Positions 10,310 through 22,069 of a stretch of DNA of 64,000 nucleotides are shown here, piece by piece. The notes under the pieces are model-generated. The model saw nothing but the letters and a program-made list of their open reading frames with translations, did not search any database and was not told the origin of the DNA. The stretch's first letter is position 1; every line of letters starts with the position of its first letter. Location: the NCBI RefSeq assembly GCF_006345805.1, contig NW_021834150.1:10968-74967 (forward strand), read 5' to 3'. The position numbers and the translations under genes are program-made. The DNA is from Octopus sinensis. Its lineage: Eukaryota.

Positions 10310-11499
10310 ATCTAAGTTTTCCAATTTGAAAAAATAATAAGTATAATTGATCAAATCTATATTTCAGAAATGGTTTTACTCAACTTTACTAAAGATGAAC
10401 TTGAAGTAATCAAAAATATTCAAATAGATGTTTTTTATATGGACCGATTGCAGATTTAGTGGATTTAAGAAGGTATGCTATCCTTAATAGCGATAATGGA
10501 TGGGTTATTTCTTTTTGTATAAATTGTAGTTGGTTGTGGTTATAGACTCATTTTCTAAATTCGCAGTTGTAAAATTTGCCAGGCGGAAATCAGCGGAGGA
10601 AATTACTAGAAAATTAAAGAATATTTTTTACATGATTGGTCCCCCATTTATTCTACAGACGGATAATGGGAAAGAATTTAAGAACAAATGTATGGAAACA
10701 ATGTGTAATGATCTGAAAATCATACATATAAGTGGACGCCCTAAGGCACCATGGATTCAGGGTCGTGTAGAAAGGCAAGTTATTTGTAAATTTATCTTTA
10801 GATTCAATCAATCGATCAAAAGGTGGATTAGCTCAACTAGTGCCTCAAATGGGTCTTTTGGAAGCTATAAAGACTTCTATCAAGAAATCGTTTATAAATA
10901 TAACATTGCGAAGCATGAAACGACCAAGAGGACACCTTTCGAAATTTTTATGCGAGGAAATCATTTAATCCCGGAGGAAATAAGATCGGCGTTATTGTCA
11001 TTCGATGGAAATGAAGCGGTTAAATCAAGCCAATCGGAGATAATTGGATCTGATTATTTCGAAAACGAGGACGATTGTTTGAATCAACAAAGTGTGTATG
11101 AAAGCCATGTTTTCGCCGGAGAAAAAATGAAAAGGAGGCGGAAATGGAAATTTAATGAAGATTTAGCCGTAGGAGATAATGTCCTACTGAGACATGATAT
11201 TGATGCAAATCCAAATAATTTTTTATATAATAAAAATTCATGAATTTTTAATATTTGTTTTTAAATGGTAGACCTAAAAAATTGTATAATTATAATAAAA
11301 AACGTTATTGATTCGGAAAAATTGGTGATGCCGGTTTTTGCCGACTCTTGGAAAAATTCATTCAATCAAAAAATTGATAAAAAATTGAATAAATCGACTT
11401 AATTTCATTATCAAATTATTTTTAATTAATTATCAGGTTATTTTCGTTTGATCTTAATATGTCACGAGCCTAGGTTGTTACCGAGCCTAGGTCGTTACA
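10310..11499 (+). mobile_element. Ginger2/KRBA2-like DDE integrase transposon, decayed, with mini-introns
   Basis: MDRLQI(D)LVDL, VIDSFSKF, LQTDNGKEF, QGRVER/FNQSIK, VGDNVLLRHD. The right end reads CTAGGTCGTTACA, the inverse of a TGT terminus. Introns at 10504-10529 and 10775-10801. Confidence 0.8.
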
Positions 11500-11589
11500 C
11501 TTATGGACTTAGAAAAAAATTCAAAAAATATTTGAATTCAATTTCAAAATCGACTTTGTCAAAATAAATATTATAAAATGACAAATAGT

Positions 11590-14170
11590 TAAATGAATGA
11601 ATTAAGTTTATTGTAAATTAACAGAGAAAGTGACAGGAATTAAGGACGGTGATAGGACGAGACTGATGCCAAGGCATCTGAACTCTTCTGAGCTTGCGTC
11701 CAATTCATCTGTCGTGAGCCAGAGTAGGTTCATTAATTTTTGACGAGTGCAGAGAGTTACCGGTCGATAAACAGGTCGGTCACTTGGGATCTCCTCCGGA
11801 AAGACCGGATAGATTTCTCAATGACCTGTCGTATCTCCAGGGACCTGTTCTCCGCCCAGCTTGGGACGGGGCCTCGTGGGTCAAGCCTATAAGCTAGCTT
11901 CAGCGCGTAGCGTCGGATTTTCTCGCATTTCCTGTAAATTTTCTCGAGATCTTTCGAGTAGTACCATGCTTCCATTCCGTACAGCAAGCTGGGTAGGATG
12001 GTTGCATGGAACACAAAGAGGAATGTCTTAGGATCCAGATGCATGCTTCTTAAGAGGCGGAGAGCCGCAATGGCTTTTGCTCTCTTTTTCTTTACATGCA
12101 GACGGTAACCCGAGTTAGCGTCGATCGTAAGCCCCAGGTAGCGTATGCAGCTGGGGCGCCCAATTTCGGCTAGGGGCCCAGAGCTCTGATCTGATGACTT
12201 TTTTGAGTTGATTTGTAGGAAAGCGGATTTATCCATTGCTAACGAGAGCTGTTTGCTGGCGCACCACTCCTTTATTACCTCAATGTAGGTGAAAAGCCTC
12301 TTTTCTGAGGCCATCATATCTTTTGAGGTGTCAAGGATAAGGACGTCATCAGCATAGAGAAGTAGATTTGTCCGAGGGTCCCGGGGCAAAGGGAAACTGC
12401 TCATAACCAGATTGAAAAGAAGTGGACTGAGGCAGGACCCCTGCGGAACCCCTCTTCGGAGTGAAATATCTCTTGAGCGGAAACCAGATTCGGAGATAAA
12501 CGAGTATCTTTCGGAGAGAAAGCAGCGCAGCCAGAGGTAGAGTTCCGCTGTAGGCACACAGAGTTGGATTCTTTCCAGTAGGTCTCTGTGCCAGACGGTG
12601 TCGAAAGCTTTTGAAATGTCCAGACATACAAGAGATAGAGTTTCTTTAAATTCCATTGCTCTCGAAATCATGGACTGTACCGTTATGAAACAGTCACTGC
12701 AGCTACGCCCAGAACGAAAACCCCATTGCTGCGTTAGCAGCACTCTCTTTTCTTCGGAGTGGAAGTCAAGGCGCTTGGCCATGATTTTTTCCATCAGCCT
12801 TGAGATAGTTGGGATTAGGCTTATGGGACGATAGCTGCTAGCGAGGTTCACAGGCTTCGCAGGCTTTTTGATCATCCGGACCTCTGAGATTTTCCATTTT
12901 CCCGGCACATGGCCCCACTTGAGACTTGCCGTAAACAGATCCGCAAGGAACACATGTAGGTCTTCGGAGGCTTCCTTAAACAGCCGCATCGGTATTTTGT
13001 CGTGGCCTGGTGCGTTGCCTTTTGACGAACGGATGGCCCAGGTCACCTCTGCAGTGGTGATCGGTTGATGTTCCGACGACAGTGCGCGCGGCAGTGGCTC
13101 CGACTCCCTGCCTTGCGGCGTTTTTGGATTGGCCTCCTGGATAATGGCCAGGTGTTCTGCGAAAATGTTCGGGATTTCCTGTGGTGAGGCGGGCATACCA
13201 AATTGGTTGCACAGCCTCGGGGGTGAGGATTTTCCTTCGAGGTTAGCCACTTTGCGGAAACAGTCCCAGAAATTTGGGTTTCTGTAGTCTAAGTTTTGAC
13301 AAGCCTTCTGCCATTTCCTGGCAGTTTCCAGCTTTGTCACGACTTGAACTTCATAGCCAATTTTCGAGATCATGTTTTTAAGTGTACCCCTGTCAGTGGG
13401 GTCAACACAGCGTTTGAGTTTGTTTCTCAGCCGCTTTCTCTCATTGAGGAGAAGTTTCACCTTCGTGCTTAGAGTAGATCTTCGTAGGCGGTCAGCACAC
13501 GGCACTGTTCCGTACGATTTTAGATAATGGCGCATGAAATTTGTTAGCTCATCGCTTGCGTAGTCGATGTCGCTGGCAGTGTTGTAGTATGTAAGGTGAG
13601 TGTTCACAAGTAGGAATGCACTCATGGAGCTTCTATAGTGTGGCCAGTTGATTTTTGAAAGACTGTAGCCTGTGGATACGTGTTCTTGTTTAATAGAGCT
13701 AGAGTGAATTTTGATCTCCATAGGAAGGTGATCACTTCCGATATCGTCAAGCACAGTAGGCTTTTCCATAATGGTAGCGATCGAGTGAGAACAGATGCAC
13801 AGGCATAGGTTGTCCTCGCCGTAGGGCGATTGGTGGTTCGGCACTTCAGATGTCCTGACGAAAACACCAAGTTTGTCAGTGATCTTCTTCAGTGTTCGAC
13901 CATCCTGGTTGCTTAATCGACATCCAAACGCCGTATGCTTCGAGTTTAGGTCTCCGATAAGAAGGCAGTGAGCGGTATTTGAGAAGAAATCGTTAATCAG
14001 ACTGGTGCAGGGAGGAAGATATTTGCAGTATATTCCCCCGATTTTTAGCCAGAAAGATTCTGTTTTCACCTCAAGGGATAGGAATTCACACAGTGTCCCC
14101 TCGATGATAGTGAGGTTACGGACTTTGAGATTTTCGCTGTAGAAGATGCTCGAACCAGTCCCAGTTTTGC
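11590..14170 (-). mobile_element. Jockey/I-like APE-RT non-LTR retrotransposon, 5'-truncated, ORF open for about 800 codons
   Basis: GDLNSKH, GSDHLP (APE); YRPISLIP, QWGFR, LDISKAFD, GVPQGSCLSP, LYADD, IRYLG (RT). The 3' UTR ends AATAAA..TTCATTCATT near 11590. Confidence 0.92.
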
Positions 14171-14199
14171 TAGATCTCCAAAATCTTCTATTCCTTATT

Positions 14200-14450
14200 T
14201 TGAGTTATTATACAAACAATACTACAATTGAACACGCATGTGCGTCGTGTATCACGTTACTGCCAATATGCGCACAAAACAAACTGGAAGTTGTACAGAA
14301 CCAGTGCTTACGGATTTTACTGAAACGTGATAAATACACTCAGCGTCAAAAAACTAATGGACCATCTTACAGAAAGACAACACATCTTCTTAACGATGGC
14401 AAGCTCCATTCCAAGCTGTAAACAAATTCCAATGCGACTAAGACAGGCAC
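14200..14450 (+). mobile_element. Jockey-like RT thumb relic
   Basis: NKLEVVQNQCLRILLKRDKYT motif. Confidence 0.6.
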
Positions 14451-14719
14451 AATTAATACTTGCTAACTGAAACTGGTCGGCGTGTAAGTGAATATCTTCA
14501 AGTATGTGCGAACAATATACAGTATATTATCCCAGTTGTACATTATCCCAGTTCCTTTGAACAGATGGAATGTCCGGGACTTTAAGCCCCTGAGAAACTT
14601 ACTCGTTGGTTTAATATCGATTAATCGAAGGGAAGTCCAGCAGCCTGGCGGATTGCCAAACTGATATTTTTTGGTGCTGATTATTTAAAAATATTTAATT
14701 TTTTAATTTGAATGATGAT

Positions 14720-15170
14720 TAGTAATTCTATCAAAAAATTTTGGGATCATATCGATACCCAAAGGAAGAGAGCCATTAAAATCCTACGTATTCTGATCAG
14801 ATTTCATCTGAGTCCAAAAACGTACATCTACATATACAAGACATGTGTACAACGACAGGTGAAAAAGTTTGTCTAATCAACAAACTCGAGAAAACGAGGC
14901 GTTAAGTTGAGTTGGCCATTAAGTTGGCCTACGGTCTCGATCTCAAAGAAAAATTGAATAACTTTTATGAATCCTGCGTCCCCAAAATACAGTCCGTCCT
15001 TGAGAAGGCGCGGTTGTTTTTGTAGTGGACGTCAGATATCTAAAGTTTCTATCAGGGAAATATGCTGCTCAGTAGAGACACTCCGGTGCCTCATTCTTTT
15101 TAAAATTTCCCGTCGTCGATAATGGCTAGTTTTTCCTGTCTTCCTAACTAGTAAAATGAATAAATTGTCA
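14720..15170 (+). mobile_element. 3' relic of a relative of the 11590-14170 Jockey-like family
   Basis: HIDTQRKRAIKILRILIRFHLSPKTYIYIY and KLAYGLD align with HVKKKRAKAIAALRLLRSMHLDPKTF and KLAYRLD. The 3' UTR has a similar GCTCAG(T/A)AGAG..TGCCT motif and AATAAA. Confidence 0.65.
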
Positions 15171-15839
15171 TTCTGAAATAAAAAATAACAAGAACTAAAC
15201 AAACTATCTGAAAATCTACTAGAGCAAACAAACTTCAGTTTTGACAATTAGGTTTTTTTGAACCCTATGCATTCATTTTTGTTTTCAATCAGCTAATTTA
15301 TAAGTGATTTCACTTGGGAGTCGCCTTTTCTATCTAGAAGAGTCCTTTATCAAATATTTATTTACAAATTATAATATTTGATTGTGTAGCTCTATTGAGA
15401 TAATGTTTACATCTTCTCTTTAAAAAAGACGAATTTTAATCTCTTGAAAATTGCAATTAAATATTTTTTCTTAATTTTTTTAAAAGAAGGGAGAGATAAA
15501 CTAGGTAAAGGCTTTACGAGACTCTCGACCAGCTTTGCAAATAACAAGGCCATTTTATTGGATCACAGCGATCGACAGACTTTCCAAGAGATAAGATAAC
15601 TTTTTCAAGTCATGTTTTATCTATGATAGCCGTCGAGCGAGCGAGTGAAGCGAAGCGTCTTTGAGGCGAGAATGCCAGAAAACTCCAAAGGTAATGGTGT
15701 AAAAACAGCAAGTTTGAAAGGTGGTCGTACTTGAGATTTATTTGAACGGTTCGTTAAAAAATGATCATTCGGATTTACAATCAATGAATATCTTTTGAAG
15801 TTCATGTCTTTCAAAATGGCGAAAGTTTGTAATATTCAA

Positions 15840-15920
15840 AGGATTTCAAAGCCCTCCTGAAAACGTCATTGAGTTGTGTGTGGCGTGGAATTCTACCGGC
15901 ACTTTTTGCCAAACTACCTC
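15840..15920 (-). mobile_element. Tiny CRE-like relic
   Basis: SLAKSAGRIPRHTQLNDVFRRALKS resembles SCRRSAGRFPRHHAMNLIVKNAL in the 9682 copy. Confidence 0.5.
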
Positions 15921-16199
15921 GTTTTATGGGTTTTGATTAAAATTGTAGCCTCTTGATGTTTTTTAATCTTTAATTAAAAATTTGAAAACTCCATCCATCG
16001 TCATCAGTGCAGAAGTATCCTCAAACATACTGTTTAGCCATCTTTTTATAGGTAATAGTGCTTTTTTTGATTTTGTTGTTATATAAAGACAGTGTTGTCG
16101 AATACAATCTTTGATTTTTATTTTCTTAATATCTTTTAATTTAATTTTTATTTTATATATCGTCCAAGCTAAAATACACTTAAACATCTCTATAAAAAA

Positions 16200-16610
16200 C
16201 AAAATATTTCATGGCAATAATCCGGGTGGCATTAAACGCGACCCCGCTCATAATCGTTTACTGTCTATAACTATTTTTTAGACAATCCCGATGTTCTCTT
16301 TTAATATGTTCTCGGCGGTTTTTGTTTAGCTCCCTGTTTTGCAATTGTTTAATATATTGTAAGCTTTTTTCCGACAATATTTGGTCTTTCTCATTATGAA
16401 ACTATGTTTAAGCATTACTTTCCACCGAAACATATTCGTTGACATCCATCTCACAATTAATATTCAATGTTGAAATCAGTTGATTCAATAGATTTTTATC
16501 AAGAAATTCTTTTCTCGAATTTTTAGTGCTTTAAGTTTCGACATGACAAATCTTGGTTTGCCTCCGGCAGTTTTTAATTGTTTCTTCTTTTATGCTGTCC
16601 CATGATTTTC
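16200..16610 (-). pseudogene. pogo/Tigger transposase C-terminal relic
   Basis: KSWDSIKEETIKNC and EMDVNEYVSVESN motifs. Confidence 0.55.
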
Positions 16611-17150
16611 CACCGCCAAAGGCAAAATGGAGGGTTGCCTGTCTCCAACCCATATCGTCGGAGGGGGAATTGTATGTTTTGAGTACAGGTGCGGATAAGG
16701 TGGTCAATGGCGGAAAGTCTCTCTGGGAAAGCAAAACACATAGAAGAGCGTAGCAAATAAGTGACCTTTTGGATTGAAAAGCAATTTCGTAGAAGGAATA
16801 ATGCTGTGTTTGAGTCCAACTGTCTGATACGTTCAAAAACTGCCTTGAGAAAGAATTCCTTTTTGCATAGGGCCACATCAATAGAATCGCCAGCCACCGG
16901 GGCTCCGAAGATAGAAAGTTCGTTGGAAATTTCACACCGGAAGTTGGAAATTTCACATTTGGAAAAATTTAAACTGAGACCAATTTTTTCCAGAGCCGGA
17001 ATAATTTTTATTATGTCCTGCAGTACTTTCGGGGCGCCGAGAGTGGAGTCATTGAGATACCAAAGATTTAGTGGGGAAGATATAACCTTGGTCAGCTCAG
17101 AGATTCCAAGACAGAAAATGAGAATTAAACTAATTTTGTAATTTTTAATA
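16610..17150 (-). mobile_element. CRE-like RT core relic
   Basis: IFCLGISEL..PLNLWYLNDSTLG..GLSLNFSKCEI..FLLRNCFSIQKVTYLLRS..WRQATL. Confidence 0.8.
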
Positions 17151-17165
17151 ATTTTGAAAATATTT

Positions 17166-18327
17166 TGTCACCGTCCAGACCGGCCGGGGCGCCAGATCGG
17201 TCAGGTCAATTATCTAAATACAAAACAAATATTTTTCCTACAAAACATTTCATTGCAAAAAAATATTGATAATAAAAAAATAAAATCTTATTAATAAAAA
17301 AGTTCTAAAAAGTTGAAAAGATTAGCATTAATCAATGGTTTTAGTTGAATTAACTCGAGACACCCTCGAAAAAATTAGGGAGTATTTGGAATCAGGCCAC
17401 CTTGATGATTCCTTGAGTTCGGAAGAAAGGGCACGAATACGGAGATATGCCAAAAAATTTAGTTTCAAGGAGAACAACACCTACATTTCTAAAAATGGCT
17501 CAAAGTTGCGTTTTTTTTGTATCGAAGACACTGAACTTAAGTTAAAATTTATTGAAGTAGTGTTTTTGTTTATTTAAATTAGGCTCCACGAGTGCATCAA
17601 ATGGAAATTTTGGATGCTATAAAACATGCGTGAAGAAAATAGCAATGACGAAGTTGAAAGTGGCGATGAAATTTTAATACGCCATGATGGGGATGCAAAC
17701 CCGGGTTATAGAAAATACCCATTATACGACGAGATATCTGCACAAAAATATATTGTGAAAAATAGGGATCGAGAACTCGTAACGATAATTAATGAAGAGG
17801 ATGAAAAAGATCAAAGGATACATATTAACAGAGTAAAATAACTTTAACTGCAAATATTCATGGGGTTCGTTCTGTGTTTTTTCTCGTGTCATATTTACTT
17901 AATTGTGAAATAATTGTGCCATTGTTACAAATTCGACGCGGCCGAAGGCCGCATAGGGAAAAATATTCACATTTAATCATCCGGCCGTAGGCCGGTTTGT
18001 ATTTTAGAGTTTTAATGATAAAAATAGAAATTTACAACATTTTTAAAAATTAAAAATGGATTTTTCTAATAAACTTTATTGTTGAGAATTGTTTGGCTAA
18101 CCTTGGTTAAAGCGTTTTTAAATAAAATGCAAAATCAATACGGTAATTATCCGGAAATGACTGGATGTTGGTTTTTTATGAACTCAGTAACTTCAATATT
18201 TTGACAAAAATAATATTAAAATCAACAAAAGAATGAACAGAAAAAGAAAATAACTTCCGAAAGGTAGTTTTTATTAAAAATTTTATACATAACCGATCTG
18301 GCGCCCCGACCTATCTGGACGGTGACA
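17166..18327 (+). mobile_element. Ginger2-like internal-deletion derivative with TGT..ACA TIRs
   Basis: 36-bp TIR TGTCACCGTCCAGA..GGGGCGCCAGATCGGT (3 mismatches). The N-terminus MVLVELTRD and C-terminal SGDEILIRHDGDANP match the 10310 element, while the integrase core is absent. The 4-bp flanks are imperfect (ATTT/TTTT). Confidence 0.8.
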
Positions 18328-18344
18328 TTTTATAGTCAACAACT

Positions 18345-18548
18345 AACAATTAACACCGAAAATCGTTAAGTTCCATTGGCGAGGACGCAGTGTGCGTTGC
18401 CCCGAACAATGGCCAGGCCGATGCGCTGGCGGAACCAGAGGCTCTCTCTCGAGTCCTTGAGCCTCCTCCCGATGGACTGCTCGACCTCTTTGAGGAACGA
18501 GTCAGTCTCCTTTCCTGCAACTCCAGCGGTCTCCAGGGCGATTGCCGC
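18345..18548 (-). mobile_element. CRE-like 3' fragment, same family as 4595-4940
   Basis: Near-identical DNA to 4625-4815 (AIALETAGVAG..VRGNAHCVLANGT*). Confidence 0.9.
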
Positions 18549-18613
18549 TGGGAACGAATGGTTCTTAATTGAGTGCAGCTGGGAACGAATGGTTCTTATT
18601 TCGAAGACAACTA

Positions 18614-20031
18614 AACCATTTTCAGTTCAAGTTTGACATTTTTTATACCAATTTTGAAAATGCGACGTTTAATTTTGACATTTTTTAGATCAATTTTGAC
18701 AATGCAACATTTAATTTTGACAATGCAATAAGCAATATTGACATTTTTTACATTGGTTTTGACAATGCGATATTCAATTTTGACAATGCAACATTCAATT
18801 TTGACAATGCAATAAGAAATATTGACATTTTTTACATCGGTTTTGACAATGCGATATTCAATTTTGACATTTTTTAGATCAATTTTGACAAAGGACTTTT
18901 CTATGCGGCTAAATCAAGATGAGAGTTAATAAAGACAATTTATTAATCAGGTCAGGTTAATGGAATCCCAATCGTACAATTCGCAATAATTTTTTCTGCA
19001 TTTCTGTAAAAATTCCGTATTTTCTCGCGAGTTAGATTTGTCATAGAATATTCTAAGGCATTTTTTAATAATAGTGCTCGAAATTCGGTCAGCGTTCCAT
19101 TTCCTGCTGCATGAACATCGTTATGAGGATTATTGTGATTGGATAAATATGTCTTTATCCCAGCCTTGATAATCGAAAAACACCCTTCGCACGGATTTAG
19201 CTGCGGAGAATATGGTGCATCAAATCTTCGAATTGTATGTTCTACTCTCACGCCTTCAAAATTTCCTTGTTTTCTATGGATTGGAGCATTATCCATATAA
19301 ATAATAATTTCCTCTCCAGCTAAACTGTTAGATTCAAATCTCACAATAACGTTAAGATTCACTCCTTTGCTTGCCCTTACTGGAACTATAGGTAATCAAT
19401 CGCCCATCAAGTCGGTTATATATTGTCGCAATACAAACTTTATTATTTACCAATTTTCGTAATTCCTTCAATGTTATCGATGGATTATTCTCAATTGTTT
19501 CAATTATCAAATTCATATTTGGGGCTATTTTCTTTTTTTCTCAGAAAATTCTTAGAAAATGATCGAAATACCATAAAAAATTCAAATAGACAATAGAACG
19601 TTATGAGAGAATTAAATTTAAAGTAAAAAGTTTTTATGAATGGAGATTAATTAATTGATAAAATGAATACAAATTCGCTTGCAAAATAAACTTTATCCAG
19701 GATATTTTACCAGTAGTCAAATTAATTAATCTTCAAACAAATAAAAAAACAAAAATATTAAACAGTAAAACATTAATAACAAGAACAAAAGAAATAAAAA
19801 TTAACAACCGTACAGGGACGGCGAATCAGAAAATATAAAATAAATGAAAAATCGGCAAAAGTCAAAATTGATGCAAAAAGTGTCAAAATTGAATGTCGCA
19901 TTGTCAAAGTTGAATATCGCATTGTTAAAATTGATGCAAAAAGTGTCAAAATTGAATGTCGCATTGTCAAAGTTGAATATCGCATTGTCAAAATTGGTGC
20001 AAAAAATGTCAAACTTGAACTGAAAATGGTA
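18614..20031 (-). mobile_element. IS630/Tc1-like element, deleted and chimeric copy
   Basis: Same termini and modular subterminal repeats as 23332-25092. The partial ORF 18952-19362 is nearly identical. TA flanks at 18612-13 and 20032-33. Confidence 0.9.
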
Positions 20032-20174
20032 TAGACAATAAAATAACGAATGTATATGTTTTTAAATGTTAGATCACATATGGGGCATCTAACTTAATGG
20101 AATCAATATCAGTTTTGATTTAATTGATGCTGCTACGATATCTTCAATAATTTTTTTTGCATGGATCTCTAGAA

Positions 20175-22069
20175 CAGCGGTTCTTATCTTCTTTCAAATT
20201 TTTTATAAATTGTACCCCTTGGGGTTAAAAATGGATCCCGCGTACCCCCTATCAATTTTTAATTCTTTACATATTTTTTTGTGAGATAAATGATTTAATT
20301 ATAAAATATAAATTATTTTCTAACTAAACAAAATCGATTCTTACTCGCCAACACATCGCTATCCGTGCGTGTGGGAAACTATACCTCGATGAAGTTTAAA
20401 ACCGACACTGGCGTACCTCAGGGCGACTCGTTATCCCCGGTTCTATTCATAATCTACCTGGAGGCAGCCCTAAGACCTCTTCGGAGAAATAAATGCTTTA
20501 CCAACTTGATGGAAGTAATTTACGCCGACGATATTGATTTCGTCTCCCGAGATCAGGACTCACTGGAAAACTTATTAAAAGTGATCCCTCATTCGTTGAA
20601 GGACTGGTCCCTTGTAATAAACCCGGACAAAACGGAAAGAACTACCATATCCCGCCTGGGGACGAGAAACGAGGAGAAGTGGAGAACATGCAAGAAAGTT
20701 GAATCTCTCCTTGGGGACTCGGAGGACGTTATTCGAAGGAAAGTGCTGGCTGTTGCATCCTTCAAAAAAATGTGGACGATCTGGATGAGGCGCAAGTACA
20801 TAGGAACCCGCCTTCGAATTCGGCTGTACAACTCCTTTGTCGAACCAATCTTGCTTTACAACGCGGGGACCTGGGGCCTAACCGCTAAAAAACTGGAGCA
20901 GCTCAACTCTTTCCACGGAAAACAACTACGACTACTCCTGGGAATTCACTGGCCAAAAAAGATGACCAATAATGAACTCTACAGAATCACCCATACATCC
21001 GAGATTGCAAAGAAACTGATGTCCACGAAGTGGATGCTCTTTGGACATGTCCTAAGAGCCTCGGAAATGACGCCGGCCAATCAGAACATGGAATCCTACT
21101 TCTGCTCATTAAATAAAACGGCATACAGGGGCCGACAAAGAACAACATTACCGACTACGCTCGACCATGATCTCACGTCGATTGGAAGGAAACTGAAATC
21201 GGCCGATGATCTGGACGAACTGAGATACCTCGCACGTAACAGGGGAGCGTGGATACGACTAACAGAGCGTATCCTGAGTCGGATGGCAAAAGTGGAATCT
21301 TAATTAACTTTTTGATTCCGCGAGATTGCTTTAATAATAATAATAATAAATCAATAAAATATTTTATGCCGAAAAAGTGTAAAAGATTTAATTCTAGTGA
21401 GATATTTGTTGTTGCTTTTCTGCAACAAGTTTTTTAATATTCGAATCCATGTTGCTAAGAGCGATTCGCATATCATCTCCAACTTTCAATCGATTACGAG
21501 ATTTATTTTTAATAAATGATAAACAAGACATCGATTACTCCAACTTTCAATCGATTACGAGATTTATTTTTAATAAATGATAAACAAGACATCACAGTTT
21601 CAAATAAGTATGTTGTTGGATAATGAATTAAACCAATCTAAAAATAATTCATGTTTAAAAGACCTCATATGAAACCTCTATATATGGTCTATATATGGGA
21701 CAATACATATGATGTAAGGGTCCTATGATCATCATATTTAATTGAAAAACTTCAAGACTATCTGTATTCTCAGAGTGAGCCGGACGCTTGTGTCTTAATA
21801 AATTGGCAGGTTTTAATGAATTGTTTCCAAGTAAAGCATTGCACAACATACACTACGCCTTATCCACATTGTTTGTTCCAAAAGATTTTGTGAATCTATA
21901 TTGCACATATGAGTCATCCCATTTACGCGTTTTATTAACCATAACGAAAACAAATGAAGCATGCTATCAAAATCGATTAAATTAAATTATTAAAATCATC
22001 TTAATAATAACAAATTGAAAAATGTTCCGCGTACCCCCTAGGGACATGTACTTCGGTAAAGAGACATTG
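20175..22069 (-). mobile_element. hAT (Buster/ZBED-like) deletion derivative
   Basis: Minus-strand BED-finger start MVNKTRKWDDSY..CMLCNALL..LKPANLLRH and C-terminus IKNKSRNRL..QQISH*. GTACCCC motifs near both ends. TSD CTCTAGAA (20167-74) / CTTTAGAA (22070-77). Confidence 0.8.
20342..21350 (+). mobile_element. RTE-like retrotransposon, 5'-truncated, inserted in a hAT
   Basis: ORF 20365-21303 with GVPQGDSLSP, YADD, LFGHVLR, GRQRTT. (TAA)n tail at about 21332-21348. Confidence 0.9.

Noticed and set aside
12349-13870. Antisense and alternative-frame ORFs over the Jockey-like ORF (and over other TE ORFs)
   Set aside because: Shadow ORFs of GC-richer coding sequence with no motifs.
15032-15600. 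Host gene exons (for example an ABC-like LAIIDDGKF or ORF 15032-15247)
   Set aside because: No consistent spliced frame. Part of the region is better explained as the 3' UTR of the Jockey-like relic.
15620-15680. Helitron-like 3' end (GAGCGAGCGAGTGAAGCGAAGCG)
   Set aside because: No terminal CTAG and no linked helicase or 5' end.
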